From positions 192,308 to 256,307 of the forward strand of contig JACPJC010000005.1 of the NCBI GenBank assembly GCA_016187745.1: a stretch of DNA of 64,000 nucleotides, written 5' to 3'. The notes beneath the pieces are model-generated. The model was not told where the DNA came from. It saw only the letters and a program-made list of their open reading frames with translations, and ran no database searches. Below are positions 38,017 through 47,918 of this stretch, in pieces. The position numbers and the translations under genes are program-made. Positions within the stretch are counted from its first letter, which is position 1. The number at the start of each line of letters is the position of its first letter. The stretch comes from Candidatus Iainarchaeum sp. GTDB lineage: Archaea; Iainarchaeota; Iainarchaeia; Iainarchaeales; JAXPJC01.

Positions 38017-38403
38017 ATGAGCAGGAATTTTGATGATGTTGCAAAACTCATAGATAAAATGCTTTCCAAAAAAGGGGATGTTGCTGACAGGAGTTTATCG
38101 CTCAGCGCGGAAGCAGATAATTTAATTGAAGAGGCAAGGGAAGTCAAGCAGGAAACACTCAGGCGCAGGATTGATGCAAAGTGCTTGAAAGAAGAAATTG
38201 GTGATGTTCTCTGGGATGTCATCCTCCTGAGCAAGATTTCCGAAAAGAAAAAATTGTTTACGCTTGATGAGATGCTTAAAGCGCTGAAAATTAAAATAAA
38301 AAAACGCAACCCGCATGTTTTCGGGAAGGAAAAGGCGAATTCACTGGAAGAGGCGGTTGAAGCAAAGAGAAGGGCAAAAAAGGAGTGGAAAGCAGAACAA
38401 TAG
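38017..38403 (+). CDS. MazG-family nucleotide pyrophosphohydrolase
   Basis: EEARE..LKEEIGDVLW..K.KKRNPHVFG. Confidence 0.9.
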   Translation: MSRNFDDVAKLIDKMLSKKGDVADRSLSLSAEADNLIEEAREVKQETLRRRIDAKCLKEEIGDVLWDVILLSKISEKKKLFTLDEMLKALKIKIKKRNPHVFGKEKANSLEEAVEAKRRAKKEWKAEQ

Positions 38404-38456
38404 TGCATTTTCAAGCCCAGAATTAATCATAATCTATTTAATTACTCCGCAGTAAT

Positions 38457-39089
38457 ATGCAAATACAAGCAAAAGGGGATTGTCGTATGGGAATATACTC
38501 GCTAGTTCTGGTCCCTAATGCAGGGGATATAAGGCTTTTTGAAAAATTAATGGAAAGCGCTTCTGCCATTTCAGGCGCAAAGAAAAAGGGGATTCCCCCG
38601 CACATTTCACTAAGGGAAACATTTGAAACAAGGGATATTGATGGCCTGATGAACGAGATTTCCGGATTTGTAAATAAATTTTTTCCCATTAAAATAAGTT
38701 TTGATGGATATAAAATCCTGCACAGGGAATACGCAGTCCTGGAAGCAGTTAAAACAAGAAAACTTCAGGAGCTGCACAAAAAGACAGTAAAAGCAGTAGA
38801 CAAGTACAGGACAAATTATGTCCTGGAGAAATACAAAAAAGGCAAAGCCAGCCTTACCAAAAAACAAAAGGCCTATCTGAATCTGCACGGCTATCCTTAT
38901 TGCCTTTATTTTTATCTGCCCCACATGACATTGGTCTATGGGATTAACCCGAAGAAACTTGCAAAAGCCAAGGCGTTTCTGGGCAAGCAGAAAATCCCAA
39001 AAAGCATAAGGATTGGTGCGATTACGCTGCTCAAAAAGAGCAATGCCAGAAAGATGGAGTGGGCTAAAAAGCTCATCATATCAAAATAA
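38457..39089 (+). CDS. 2H phosphoesterase (2'-5' RNA ligase family)
   Basis: Two HxS/T motifs, PPHISL and LPHMTL; likely start is ATG 38487. Confidence 0.85.
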   Translation: MQIQAKGDCRMGIYSLVLVPNAGDIRLFEKLMESASAISGAKKKGIPPHISLRETFETRDIDGLMNEISGFVNKFFPIKISFDGYKILHREYAVLEAVKTRKLQELHKKTVKAVDKYRTNYVLEKYKKGKASLTKKQKAYLNLHGYPYCLYFYLPHMTLVYGINPKKLAKAKAFLGKQKIPKSIRIGAITLLKKSNARKMEWAKKLIISK

Positions 39090-39121
39090 CAAATAGCCTT
39101 GCTGTTGGTTTGTATATTATA

Positions 39122-40411
39122 TTATTTTCTAGGCTCATTCTCTATTAACCACTGCCATGCGGGTTTGACTATTATTTTTTTGTTAGATCTTGTTAGTTGT
39201 TGCTCCTGATATAACGTCAATATAATGCCCTGTTTTGCCTTTATCTGCCCCATAGCCTCTGTTAGGCCTTTAATTTCTCTGGATATGTTGCTTTCATTTA
39301 ATTCATAGCATGCTTGCATCGCTTGTTTATCATCAACAATTACGAAATCACATTCCGCATTAGTCTTTCCCTTGTAATAGTAAAACTCTTTTCCAAGCCT
39401 TTTCAATTGTATTGCTATAAGATTCTCCAGCAATACCCCTTTTTTTTCATTTATGTTCGGGGTGTTTTTCATCATTATTCCATTATCTATGCAATATACC
39501 TTCTTGGGATTTTTGTCAAATCGTTTAATTTTTCTTTCATATTTGTGCGTTGTAAATATGATATAGGACTCTTCTGCGCATCCGATATATTTTTGGATGG
39601 TATTAATACTTTTTATGCCGAAATTGTTTATTATCGACCTATAAGTTATTGGATTCGCAACATTTGCTATTAGGAATTTCAGCACCGCCTTAAGTTCAAC
39701 AGGTTTCCTTATATTATGCCTGCTTACTATGTCTTTCTGTATTATGTCATTTATTACCTGGGTCAGAACCGCAGTGTTTGAAAACACAACCAATTCAGGC
39801 ATGCCGCCATTTTCAAAATATTCCCTGAATTTTTTTGAGAAGAGGGCCCTTTCTTGCGTAGAATAAAGGCCTTTTTCAGGCAGCTTTATCTTGCATGCCC
39901 TGAGGAATTCTGTAAATGAAAAAGGATAAAGCTCTATGTCAACATGTCTTCCAGTAAGGTGTGTGCCAAGTTCCCTGCTCAGGAGATTTGCATTAGATCC
40001 CGTAATAAATACAGTGTAGCCTTCCCTCAATATCCTATTTATGAAAAGCTCCCAACCATTAATGTTTTGTATCTCATCAAAGAATACATTTCTCCTTTCT
40101 CCGAATAGCTCAATAAAGATTTCCATCAATGTCTGAAAATCTTCAGACTTGAAACCAGTTATTCTTTCATCATCAAAGTTAAAATAGTAAAAATTATTCT
40201 CAAATTTCGCCCTGATTATCTGCTTCAAAAGAGTGCTTTTTCCGCATCTCCTTAATCCCTTGATTACAAATGCCGAAGTTCCCTTATACGAGGATATTTC
40301 AGGAAAGACGCTTCTTGGTACAGAATCTTCCAGAGATTCAAATTCCCTCAACTGGTCCTTTATTACAGTCCCCAAGACTGACCTTGGAATCATAAAGATA
40401 ATATGCAACAA
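39122..40411 (-). CDS. AAA_14-type ATPase with DUF4143-like C-terminal domain
   Basis: GLRRCGKST, FFDEIQ, ITGSNA, LTGR, KVYCIDNG, LENL, ECDFV. Confidence 0.92.
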   Translation of the reverse strand: MLHIIFMIPRSVLGTVIKDQLREFESLEDSVPRSVFPEISSYKGTSAFVIKGLRRCGKSTLLKQIIRAKFENNFYYFNFDDERITGFKSEDFQTLMEIFIELFGERRNVFFDEIQNINGWELFINRILREGYTVFITGSNANLLSRELGTHLTGRHVDIELYPFSFTEFLRACKIKLPEKGLYSTQERALFSKKFREYFENGGMPELVVFSNTAVLTQVINDIIQKDIVSRHNIRKPVELKAVLKFLIANVANPITYRSIINNFGIKSINTIQKYIGCAEESYIIFTTHKYERKIKRFDKNPKKVYCIDNGIMMKNTPNINEKKGVLLENLIAIQLKRLGKEFYYYKGKTNAECDFVIVDDKQAMQACYELNESNISREIKGLTEAMGQIKAKQGIILTLYQEQQLTRSNKKIIVKPAWQWLIENEPRK

Positions 40412-40532
40412 AAGGTATATAAATATTGACTATTGTAATGAACAATAATGCCTAGTATTGTTCAATATAATGAACATTATTAAGAGGGCAGGAAGTTGTG
40501 GCGGATAAGGGAAATTTAAGCAGATTTGATTT

Positions 40533-40575
40533 TAAACCAAATGGTTGATTTTTGTTCAACCGCAGGTATATTAAT
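40533..40575 (+). promoter_or_regulatory. Palindromic operator-like site plus TATA-like box, copy A
   Basis: TAAACC-AAAT-GGTTGA-N7-TCAACC-GCAGG-TATATTAAT, 23 bp before ATG 40599. Confidence 0.8.
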
Positions 40576-40894
40576 CCTCAGAGCAGGGATTCTGAAAGAT
40601 GAGTGCAATGTATGAAATGACAAGAGTTCTTTCAGCAAAAACTGCAAAGCGCAGGACCCTTGCAGACCTTGCAGTTGCCATCCTGGGAAAGGAATGGCCT
40701 CTTTCCTTAAATGCCATACATCAAAGAATAACCAAAGGGCATGGAAAAGCCGCATCAATCCAGGCAACCCATAAGAGCCTTGCAAGGCTTGTAAAGCAGA
40801 ACATTCTTCTGAAGCAGAAAAAACGCTACAGATTGAGCCCGAAATGGCTTGAGCAAGTCAATAATTTCAGCATGCAGACAAAAGAGGCATATGC
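40533..40894 (+). repeat. ~360-bp direct repeat, copy 1 (operator, promoter and short wHTH gene)
   Basis: Matches 57263-57624; the offset is 16,730 bp at both ends. Confidence 0.95.
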
Positions 40895-40916
40895 AACCGG
40901 AGGCATTAAAAAATGA
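40599..40916 (+). CDS. Short 'EWPLS' winged-helix protein (DNA-binding domain only)
   Basis: ILGKEWPLS..SIQATHKSL..L..Y.L...W aligns with the N-termini of the five proteins at 52960-57225. Confidence 0.85.
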   Translation: MSAMYEMTRVLSAKTAKRRTLADLAVAILGKEWPLSLNAIHQRITKGHGKAASIQATHKSLARLVKQNILLKQKKRYRLSPKWLEQVNNFSMQTKEAYATGGIKK

Positions 40917-41093
40917 AGAGAGCCGCCCATTTGTTCTGCAATTCTCCAGCATTTATAATTACTTGCGGCAATAGTATAAATCGGGGTCGTGGGGGTTTGA
41001 GGCAGTTGATAGGGAGAAATGGGATTCTTGCGATATGTAGGTAAATCAATCAACATAATTTTACACTATAATTAATTCAAAAACAGCAAAAGA

Positions 41094-42695
41094 GTGAAAA
41101 AGAACATGCAATTTAATATGTCAAATAGTCAAATTTATGTGGCTGGTTCTCCAGCAGTAGGAAAAAACCTATTTTGCCCATTATTATCAGAAAAGACAAA
41201 CTCAAAATACATAAGATTTAATACCTTAATAAATAATAAGAATAAATTTCGTGTATCGGATTATATTGTTGAATACAAGAAAAATAACGTTTTTGCCTAT
41301 TATAATTATAAAACACTCCAAGTGGTTTACGGAAAAAAGAAGCTTAAACGAATAATGGATGAATATAAAAAACCTAAAAATTTGAAAACCTATCTTGCAA
41401 AGTCCTCAACAAAAAACACTACACTAAAAACAATTCTTAATACACTCATCCGTGAAGAATACTTAGTTAGTGGAACTGAAGGCCCGATTTTAAATAATGC
41501 GAAACTTGAAGAACGCAATCGAATCAACCCAAATTTATTACGAATTTTACTGACGTTTGATTGCAATCTAGAATGCAAATACTGTCAAATCAGAACCAAT
41601 CTTTTTAGTGAGTATAACAAACCAGTTACTAAAGAAGAAATCGACAAAGCCTTTGCATTGTTCAAGAAAAACAATAATGAATACAATATAATTTCTTTGT
41701 CTGGTGGAGAACCAATGCTCACTTTTGATTTAGTAAAGTATGTCGTAGAAAAATCCAAAAAAGAATTCAAACCTGGAAAATACCATATAGTATTGTCCTC
41801 TAATGGAACACTGATTACAGACTGCATCGCAGAGTATGTTGCCAAAAAAAACTTGTTGCCAATTATTTCCCTGGATGGTCAAGAAAAAGACAACAAAATG
41901 CGCATTTACCACAACGGCTTAGAATCCTACAAAAACATTCTTGCCGGAATTGAAACCCTAAAAAGACACAACTGCAAAAACATTGCCATTTCAATGACAA
42001 TCGGAGCTCACAACATAAAAAACATCAAAAAAACAATGCAAAACATTATCAACAAAATCAATCCAGTAAGCGTTGGCTACAATTTCGTTCACTATCCCTA
42101 CTTTAATAATCAACATTACTCTCTTCCTGATATTAATGATTACTCAAAAGCAGTCATTCACATTTTTACCGAACTTCGAAAGCACAAAATTTATGATGAG
42201 CAATTTTTCCGAAGACTCCAACCTTTTGTAGAACGAAAAATCCGAATAAAAGAATGCTCGGCACTCGGCGGCGCACTTAACCTCGTTCCTGGTGGCTTCA
42301 TTGGTCCATGCAAAACACTCTTGGCAAGCAAACACTTCTCCCAACCAATTGATAAAACAGAAAACTTAGGGGGTTCCAAGATTTTTACTGCATTTTCGAA
42401 CCGAAGCACATTAACATTGGATGAGTGTAAGAATTGTGTAGCCAGAACCATTTGTGGTGGAGGATGTACATTTGATTCCTTTGTAACGTATCACGATATT
42501 TTCCATGTAGACAAACGGAACTGCGAATATATCAGAAAAGTATTAGAATTTATGATTTGGGATCTATACAGACTAACTTCAAAGAAAAAAACTGATGTTT
42601 TGATTCCGACCAACAAGGATCGCAAAAAAATGTATGGGGGCATTAAACTTTTGAGTACCACCCTTACAGAATCCGTTGGCCATAAAATATATTGA
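41094..42695 (+). CDS. Radical SAM/SPASM-domain protein
   Basis: CNLECKYC, SGGEPML, SSNG, SLDG; SPASM-type ECSA..PC..CKNC..CGGGC..C. Confidence 0.93.
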   Translation: MKKNMQFNMSNSQIYVAGSPAVGKNLFCPLLSEKTNSKYIRFNTLINNKNKFRVSDYIVEYKKNNVFAYYNYKTLQVVYGKKKLKRIMDEYKKPKNLKTYLAKSSTKNTTLKTILNTLIREEYLVSGTEGPILNNAKLEERNRINPNLLRILLTFDCNLECKYCQIRTNLFSEYNKPVTKEEIDKAFALFKKNNNEYNIISLSGGEPMLTFDLVKYVVEKSKKEFKPGKYHIVLSSNGTLITDCIAEYVAKKNLLPIISLDGQEKDNKMRIYHNGLESYKNILAGIETLKRHNCKNIAISMTIGAHNIKNIKKTMQNIINKINPVSVGYNFVHYPYFNNQHYSLPDINDYSKAVIHIFTELRKHKIYDEQFFRRLQPFVERKIRIKECSALGGALNLVPGGFIGPCKTLLASKHFSQPIDKTENLGGSKIFTAFSNRSTLTLDECKNCVARTICGGGCTFDSFVTYHDIFHVDKRNCEYIRKVLEFMIWDLYRLTSKKKTDVLIPTNKDRKKMYGGIKLLSTTLTESVGHKIY

Positions 42696-42823
42696 AATAT
42701 ACTTCCCACATACCTTCTCCAACATATTGAGCGTCTTTCGTTCATGAATTATGATCTATTCAATAACACAACGAAAAACCTTTGTATTTATATTAATTTT
42801 CAAATAGAATAATATTGATAAAA

Positions 42824-44119
42824 ATGATTAATCCAAAACTTATTCGAAAAGAATTTGAGTTTGTCAAGAAAAACTTGGAAAGACGCAGAGACCAAAAAAC
42901 AATACAAATTCTGACAGACTGGTATGCTCAAGACAAAGAATTACTCCCACTTCAACAAGAAATAGATTTTTTGAGATCAAAAATAAATAAAATCAATCAA
43001 CAAATAATAGTAGAAAAACTAAGCGAAAAAGATATTAAACCACTTGTAGCCGAAGCAAAAATAACAGCCCAGGTTATTAAAGAAAAAGAAGTACGTCTTA
43101 GTGCCTTAAAAATAACTCATCGTGATTTACTGATGCGAATTCCAAACCTACTAGATGAATCGGTTCCAGTGGGAAATGATGGTAGCGAAAATCAAGTCAT
43201 AAAAAGAGTGGGGAGTATAATTGAACCGGATTTTGAACCGAAACATCACGGGCAATTAGCTACAGAACTTGGTGTAACCGATTTTGAAAGGGCCGTTAAC
43301 CTATCGGGTGCAGGTTTTTACATTTTGAAAGGAGACTTAGCACTCTTAAATTTAGCAATAGTAAACTACGCAGTGAACAAATTAGCAAAAAAAGGGTTTA
43401 CCTTTGTCATCACACCAGGCATGATAAAACGAAAACCCTATGAAGGAGTAATTAATCTTGCAGACTTCCAAGATATGTTATATAAGGTAGAGAAAGAAGA
43501 CTATTACCTCATTGCAACTGCCGAACATCCTTTAATCGCAATGCACATAGGCGAAACATTTGACTCTAAAGATTTACCTATAAAATACATGGGATACACA
43601 ACGAACTACAGAAAAGAAATTGGTGCCCACGGATTAGATGAAAGAGGGCTTTTTCGATTACACCAATTTGATAAAGTAGAACAAACAATTATTTGTGAAC
43701 CGGAAGAAAGCAAAAAATGGCATGAAGAATTATTAAAAAACGCTGAAGAAATAGTCAACGATTTTGAAATACCTTACCAGGTCATTTCAATTTGTGATGG
43801 AGACATTGGACTAGTCGCAGCTAAGAAGTATGATATTGAGGCATGGTCACCGCGTGAAAAAAAATACTTTGAAACTCATTCCTTATCAAATTGCACAACT
43901 TATCAATCGTTGCGATTAAATATTAAGTACAAAAACAGCAAAATAAAGGATTATGTTCACACCCTAAATGCAACTGCAGTTGCTGTACCTCGCATGCTAA
44001 GAGCAATCATCGAAAATTATCAAACAAAGGATGGAACAATAAAAATTCCAAAAGTGTTGCAACCAAATATGGGTGGAAAAAAAGAAATAATGAAGAGCCG
44101 TCCAGAAAGAATAAACTAG
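42824..44119 (+). CDS. serS: Seryl-tRNA synthetase
   Basis: IPNL, LIATAEHPL, YRKEIG..RGLFRLHQFDKVE, KKYDIEAW, SNCT.YQ..RL, HTLNATA..R. Confidence 0.96.
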   Translation: MINPKLIRKEFEFVKKNLERRRDQKTIQILTDWYAQDKELLPLQQEIDFLRSKINKINQQIIVEKLSEKDIKPLVAEAKITAQVIKEKEVRLSALKITHRDLLMRIPNLLDESVPVGNDGSENQVIKRVGSIIEPDFEPKHHGQLATELGVTDFERAVNLSGAGFYILKGDLALLNLAIVNYAVNKLAKKGFTFVITPGMIKRKPYEGVINLADFQDMLYKVEKEDYYLIATAEHPLIAMHIGETFDSKDLPIKYMGYTTNYRKEIGAHGLDERGLFRLHQFDKVEQTIICEPEESKKWHEELLKNAEEIVNDFEIPYQVISICDGDIGLVAAKKYDIEAWSPREKKYFETHSLSNCTTYQSLRLNIKYKNSKIKDYVHTLNATAVAVPRMLRAIIENYQTKDGTIKIPKVLQPNMGGKKEIMKSRPERIN

Positions 44120-45285
44120 TCGAACAACTTCTCCAAAAACTCTTCTGTAATTACATTATTTCCCCCGTTTGATTTCTTATACTTTTTAAAAGCTTGGAAA
44201 ATGTCATTGTCAGATTTCTTGATTCCAAATGACTTAAGTGTTTTAATGAAACAGCCTAAACTACTATTAATGGTAAGAGGAAAATCAGTCCGTTTCCCCC
44301 ATTGTTCGAAATTGACTACTTGAAAAGAAAATGGATCTTTTTTCATCCAGTCTTGGTGAATACCTGACGCGTGTTTTGACACCCACTCCCCAACAACCGG
44401 TGTGTGCAACGAAAGGGGGTTATATTTAATTATTTTTTTTAAAGCTTCAACAGCCAGCAAGGCATTTTCAGATTGAAAGTTTATTTTTTTATGAAAATAA
44501 TCCCTTCGGCTTAAAAGGCTGGCAATAACTGCTTCTTTTTGCGCGTTTCCCGCCCTCTCACCAATACCCGCAACAGTAACTTCTGCTTGTTTTGCACCAG
44601 CTTGAATTCCTAAAATAGTGTTTGCAACAGCTAATCCTAAATCATTGTGGGTATGAACACTTAATATTGTCCTGTCTCTCACTTTTTCTTTAACTCGTTT
44701 AACTAAAGAATAGTATTCTAACGGTAATGCAAAGCCAGGGCTGTCTGCCAAAGTAATAATTTTAGCCCCTGCTGATTCAGCAGCAAGTACAGTAAGCAAA
44801 AGGTATTTCCAATTTAATCGAACTGCATCAACCGCACAATATTGAATTTGTAAGCCGGGATAAAGTTCTTTAGCATACTTAATACTCTCTACAATTTGCT
44901 TTTTTGCCGACTTTATGTTCAGCCCTAATGTTTTATCTTTTTTTGTCGTGCTCCCTGCAATGAACAGATAAATTCTACCCCTTCCAGAAGAAATTGCCGG
45001 TTCAAGTGCCGCAACTGTTTTTTCAACATCCTCCAATTTACACCTTGAAATAGCAGAAATTACAACAGGCCACTTCTCAAGTGCGCAAGATTCGCTTATT
45101 TTTTTAACTGCTTTAAAATCTTGGCCGTGTGCGGCAGGAAATCCACATTCAATGACGTCCGCTTGTCTGTTCTTTCCAAGAAAACGCGCAAATTTTAGCT
45201 TTTGTTTCCAGTTTAAATTACCCTCTGCTGTTTGAACTCCATCACGCAAAGTTGTATCATACACAAATATCTTGTTCACACGCAT
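44116..45285 (-). CDS. DRE-TIM acyl-CoA condensing enzyme (isopropylmalate/homocitrate/citramalate synthase-like), no regulatory domain
   Basis: DTTLRDGVQ, HTHNDLGLAVAN, GIGERAGN, HASGIHQD; 389 aa. Confidence 0.9.
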   Translation of the reverse strand: MRVNKIFVYDTTLRDGVQTAEGNLNWKQKLKFARFLGKNRQADVIECGFPAAHGQDFKAVKKISESCALEKWPVVISAISRCKLEDVEKTVAALEPAISSGRGRIYLFIAGSTTKKDKTLGLNIKSAKKQIVESIKYAKELYPGLQIQYCAVDAVRLNWKYLLLTVLAAESAGAKIITLADSPGFALPLEYYSLVKRVKEKVRDRTILSVHTHNDLGLAVANTILGIQAGAKQAEVTVAGIGERAGNAQKEAVIASLLSRRDYFHKKINFQSENALLAVEALKKIIKYNPLSLHTPVVGEWVSKHASGIHQDWMKKDPFSFQVVNFEQWGKRTDFPLTINSSLGCFIKTLKSFGIKKSDNDIFQAFKKYKKSNGGNNVITEEFLEKLFD

Positions 45286-45533
45286 TTAGTTACCTTTTTT
45301 ATTCTCTTCTCTAGAAAGTTAATTATATCCCCGACTTTTTCAACTTCAATAATCTGTTTCAATGACATCTTAACTCCAAATTCCTTTTCAATAGCATCAA
45401 TGAGTTTTATGTGATTTAACGAATCCCACGATTGAAAATCATTTGGAGTCATTTTTGGAGAAATATTGATTGTTTTGTCTCCAAAAAAATCCCTAAAAAC
45501 TTTGTTCAATCGTATTGAGATATCACTTTTCAT
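45276..45533 (-). CDS. Acyl carrier protein
   Basis: WDSLNHIKLI..IEKEFGV; start moved to ATG 45533. Confidence 0.92.
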   Translation of the reverse strand: MKSDISIRLNKVFRDFFGDKTINISPKMTPNDFQSWDSLNHIKLIDAIEKEFGVKMSLKQIIEVEKVGDIINFLEKRIKKVTKCV

Positions 45534-47343
45534 TTGACTCACACACATGTACTTTCAACGGTTTAAAGTTTGAAACATTCAGCACCCAAACAGAATTGTT
45601 TTTTGTTGAACTCTTTCTTGAAAAACCTAATTTACCATACAAATCACGAACTATCTCATTTTTTTGAGTCTTGTTATACTTTCCAATAACAAACTTCTTC
45701 TTCAATCTAATGGCCTGTTTAATGACCCAATTAATTACAAACTTTTCGATGTCTCTAGAAAAAACTCTGCAACTCATTACCCAATTGAGAATAACCAATG
45801 CATCATTTTTCTGTTGTAGCACCATTGCGCTAATAGATCCTGAATCTCCAAATTTATCATTTAAATCAAAGACCGTAAACATTTTCAAATTATTGTCTTT
45901 TAATTCTGTTTCTGAAAACCTTTCCCCCGTGAGATTAAATTGATTGCATCGCTGAAACAGTTGTACGGCTCTTGGAGCATAAAAATCTTCATTATAATGA
46001 ATATTACAAACCATGGTAAGGCTATCTAAAAACTCCCCTAAATCTTTAAACTTTGATTTGTGTTCATTTCTCAAAGTATTTACTTTATAATATTCCGTTC
46101 TTCGAACGTCTTCTTCAGTAAACGAAGCCGACTCAAACAGATTTAGCTCTTGTAAAAATGTGATATACTCAACAGGGTCTTCCGGCAAGTCAGGAACACA
46201 GATCCCCCAACAGCAGCTTTCTACCAATTCTCGTTCAACAGGATCATCGTCAAAAAAAACCATTGAATCTATTTCGATGTTCAACTCTTTAGCTATTTTT
46301 TTTATGTTGGTTGCTTTATCTTGCCAATTTATTGCAAAAAATGAAATATCATTTTCTCTCAAAATCATATCTGGGTGTTCTCGGAAAACTTTTATTGCAT
46401 TCTCAAATGAATTCTTGCTACAAACAGCCAGTATTATCCCTCTCTGCTTCAAATTTTTCAAGTATTGTTGAATTCGTGTGAAAGCTTCTCCGAAAGCAGT
46501 TCCCCCTATTGCAATCTTTTCAATACCGTCCTCTGCCACTATACCGCCCCACACAAAATTATCCAAATCAAATACAACACATTTTTTTGTTTTTCCTTTT
46601 ACTGCCAAAATTATATCACAAATGTTTTTGGCAATATGGGCAGTAAAATCCAGGGAAGGATAACTTTTTGAGTAATGCCATATGCGATAGTCCGTCCAAT
46701 TTTTTCTCCCAAAATAAGAGGATAAAAAGTCTACGTCGTTTATGAAAACATTTTTGTAGGTTCTAGCGACGGATGAGATTTCTAAGTTTAATCGGATTAT
46801 TGCTTCTTTAAAGGAAAAAAGTTTGTTTTCGTAATTGCCAAACTCTCTCCAAGTATCTACTTCGAAATTGCTCTGAATAATACTGCATGTAATTCTTTCA
46901 TTAATTGAGTTCCAAAGTGAAATGATTTTTTTAGTTTCTTGTTTTACAAAAGTGTTAAACTCCCTTTTGTTAGCAAAAATAAAATTTTTTCTATTAAGCA
47001 ACAAGAGATTATTGTTAATCACAACTATCTGGGGTTTGAAAGTAATCAGCTTTGAATCACGGTTCAAAAATTCCTGTATCGTTGAGTTAAAATTACCAAA
47101 ATAGAATTTTGGCGAAAAACCATTGATCAATAAGAATGACTTTAGTGCGGGTTCAAATAGTTTAGAAGCACTATTGCCAAAAATAGCAATACGTATTATT
47201 GGCAACCCTTTCGAATCCATTTCTTCTGCAATTTTGCATATTTCATTGTATGACTGCATTCTATCACACGACCGAAAGTACTGCCTTACCACTATGGCTG
47301 GCTGGTGAACGGTTGCTTTTATCTCTTTCTTGAAATATTTCAT
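45523..47343 (-). CDS. FkbH-like HAD-IIIC phosphatase/glyceryl transferase
   Basis: VFDLDN..WGG, CSKN, INWQDK, FFDD.P.ER, LFQRCNQFNLT, DKFGDSG, MSCRV. Confidence 0.93.
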   Translation of the reverse strand: MKYFKKEIKATVHQPAIVVRQYFRSCDRMQSYNEICKIAEEMDSKGLPIIRIAIFGNSASKLFEPALKSFLLINGFSPKFYFGNFNSTIQEFLNRDSKLITFKPQIVVINNNLLLLNRKNFIFANKREFNTFVKQETKKIISLWNSINERITCSIIQSNFEVDTWREFGNYENKLFSFKEAIIRLNLEISSVARTYKNVFINDVDFLSSYFGRKNWTDYRIWHYSKSYPSLDFTAHIAKNICDIILAVKGKTKKCVVFDLDNFVWGGIVAEDGIEKIAIGGTAFGEAFTRIQQYLKNLKQRGIILAVCSKNSFENAIKVFREHPDMILRENDISFFAINWQDKATNIKKIAKELNIEIDSMVFFDDDPVERELVESCCWGICVPDLPEDPVEYITFLQELNLFESASFTEEDVRRTEYYKVNTLRNEHKSKFKDLGEFLDSLTMVCNIHYNEDFYAPRAVQLFQRCNQFNLTGERFSETELKDNNLKMFTVFDLNDKFGDSGSISAMVLQQKNDALVILNWVMSCRVFSRDIEKFVINWVIKQAIRLKKKFVIGKYNKTQKNEIVRDLYGKLGFSRKSSTKNNSVWVLNVSNFKPLKVHVCESNEK

Positions 47344-47540
47344 TGTTGTCGCGCGCAGCCGCCAAAGGTGGCCCTCTAGTGGCGGGATAGGAGACTAAGC
47401 TATGGATAAAATAAATGGCATAAGCTATAAAAAAGGGAATGATACAAGAAGCAACTGGATAATGTTCATTAAAACATTCGTTACTTGTGCCCTTAACGAT
47501 ACGGCCTTCGCTAATTGGCTCCGATTATTCTAAGCTCTTT

Positions 47541-47918
47541 TTAGGTTTCTTTATAATCTCGCTTCTTTGGGAGCATTATTGTCATAGCAATGGCAAAATC
47601 TGCTGAATGGGAAATGCTAGATAAAAAAGAAACACGGGGGAGTTTTTTTACTGAAATTAAAATTGCCCTGTCTTTTTTGGGTTCAATTCGGATGTCTTTT
47701 AATCCTAGTTTTACGGTATTCGCGCAAGCTTTTATTGTAGCTTCTTTGGCACAAAAGATTCCTGCAAAAGAAGCGGCTGTGTTTTTTCTTTTTTTAAGGC
47801 AGTACTTAATTTCATTTTCTAAAAATATTTTTTTAAAGAACATTTTATTTTCTTTGTAACTTTTGTTGAATCGGCTTATCTTTTCAATGTCAATTCCCAC
47901 CCCTTGCATTTTTTTCAC
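47541..47918 (-). CDS. acpS: Holo-ACP synthase (AcpS-type PPTase)
   Basis: GVGIDIE.ISRF, F.AKEA.IK, SISHS. Confidence 0.92.
   Translation of the reverse strand: MKKMQGVGIDIEKISRFNKSYKENKMFFKKIFLENEIKYCLKKRKNTAASFAGIFCAKEATIKACANTVKLGLKDIRIEPKKDRAILISVKKLPRVSFLSSISHSADFAIAMTIMLPKKRDYKET

Noticed and set aside
46540-46570. Possible inactivation of FkbH (DLDNFVWGG instead of the usual DLDNTLWGG)
   Set aside because: Both catalytic Asp residues are intact, and one substitution is not enough to call loss of function without an alignment.
47359-47533. GC-rich hairpin (CCGCCA/TGGCGG) before the FkbH start, and a 43-aa plus-strand ORF at 47402-47533
   Set aside because: It is a single copy with no recognisable riboswitch consensus. 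The ORF opposes the operon direction and has no motif, so support is too weak.
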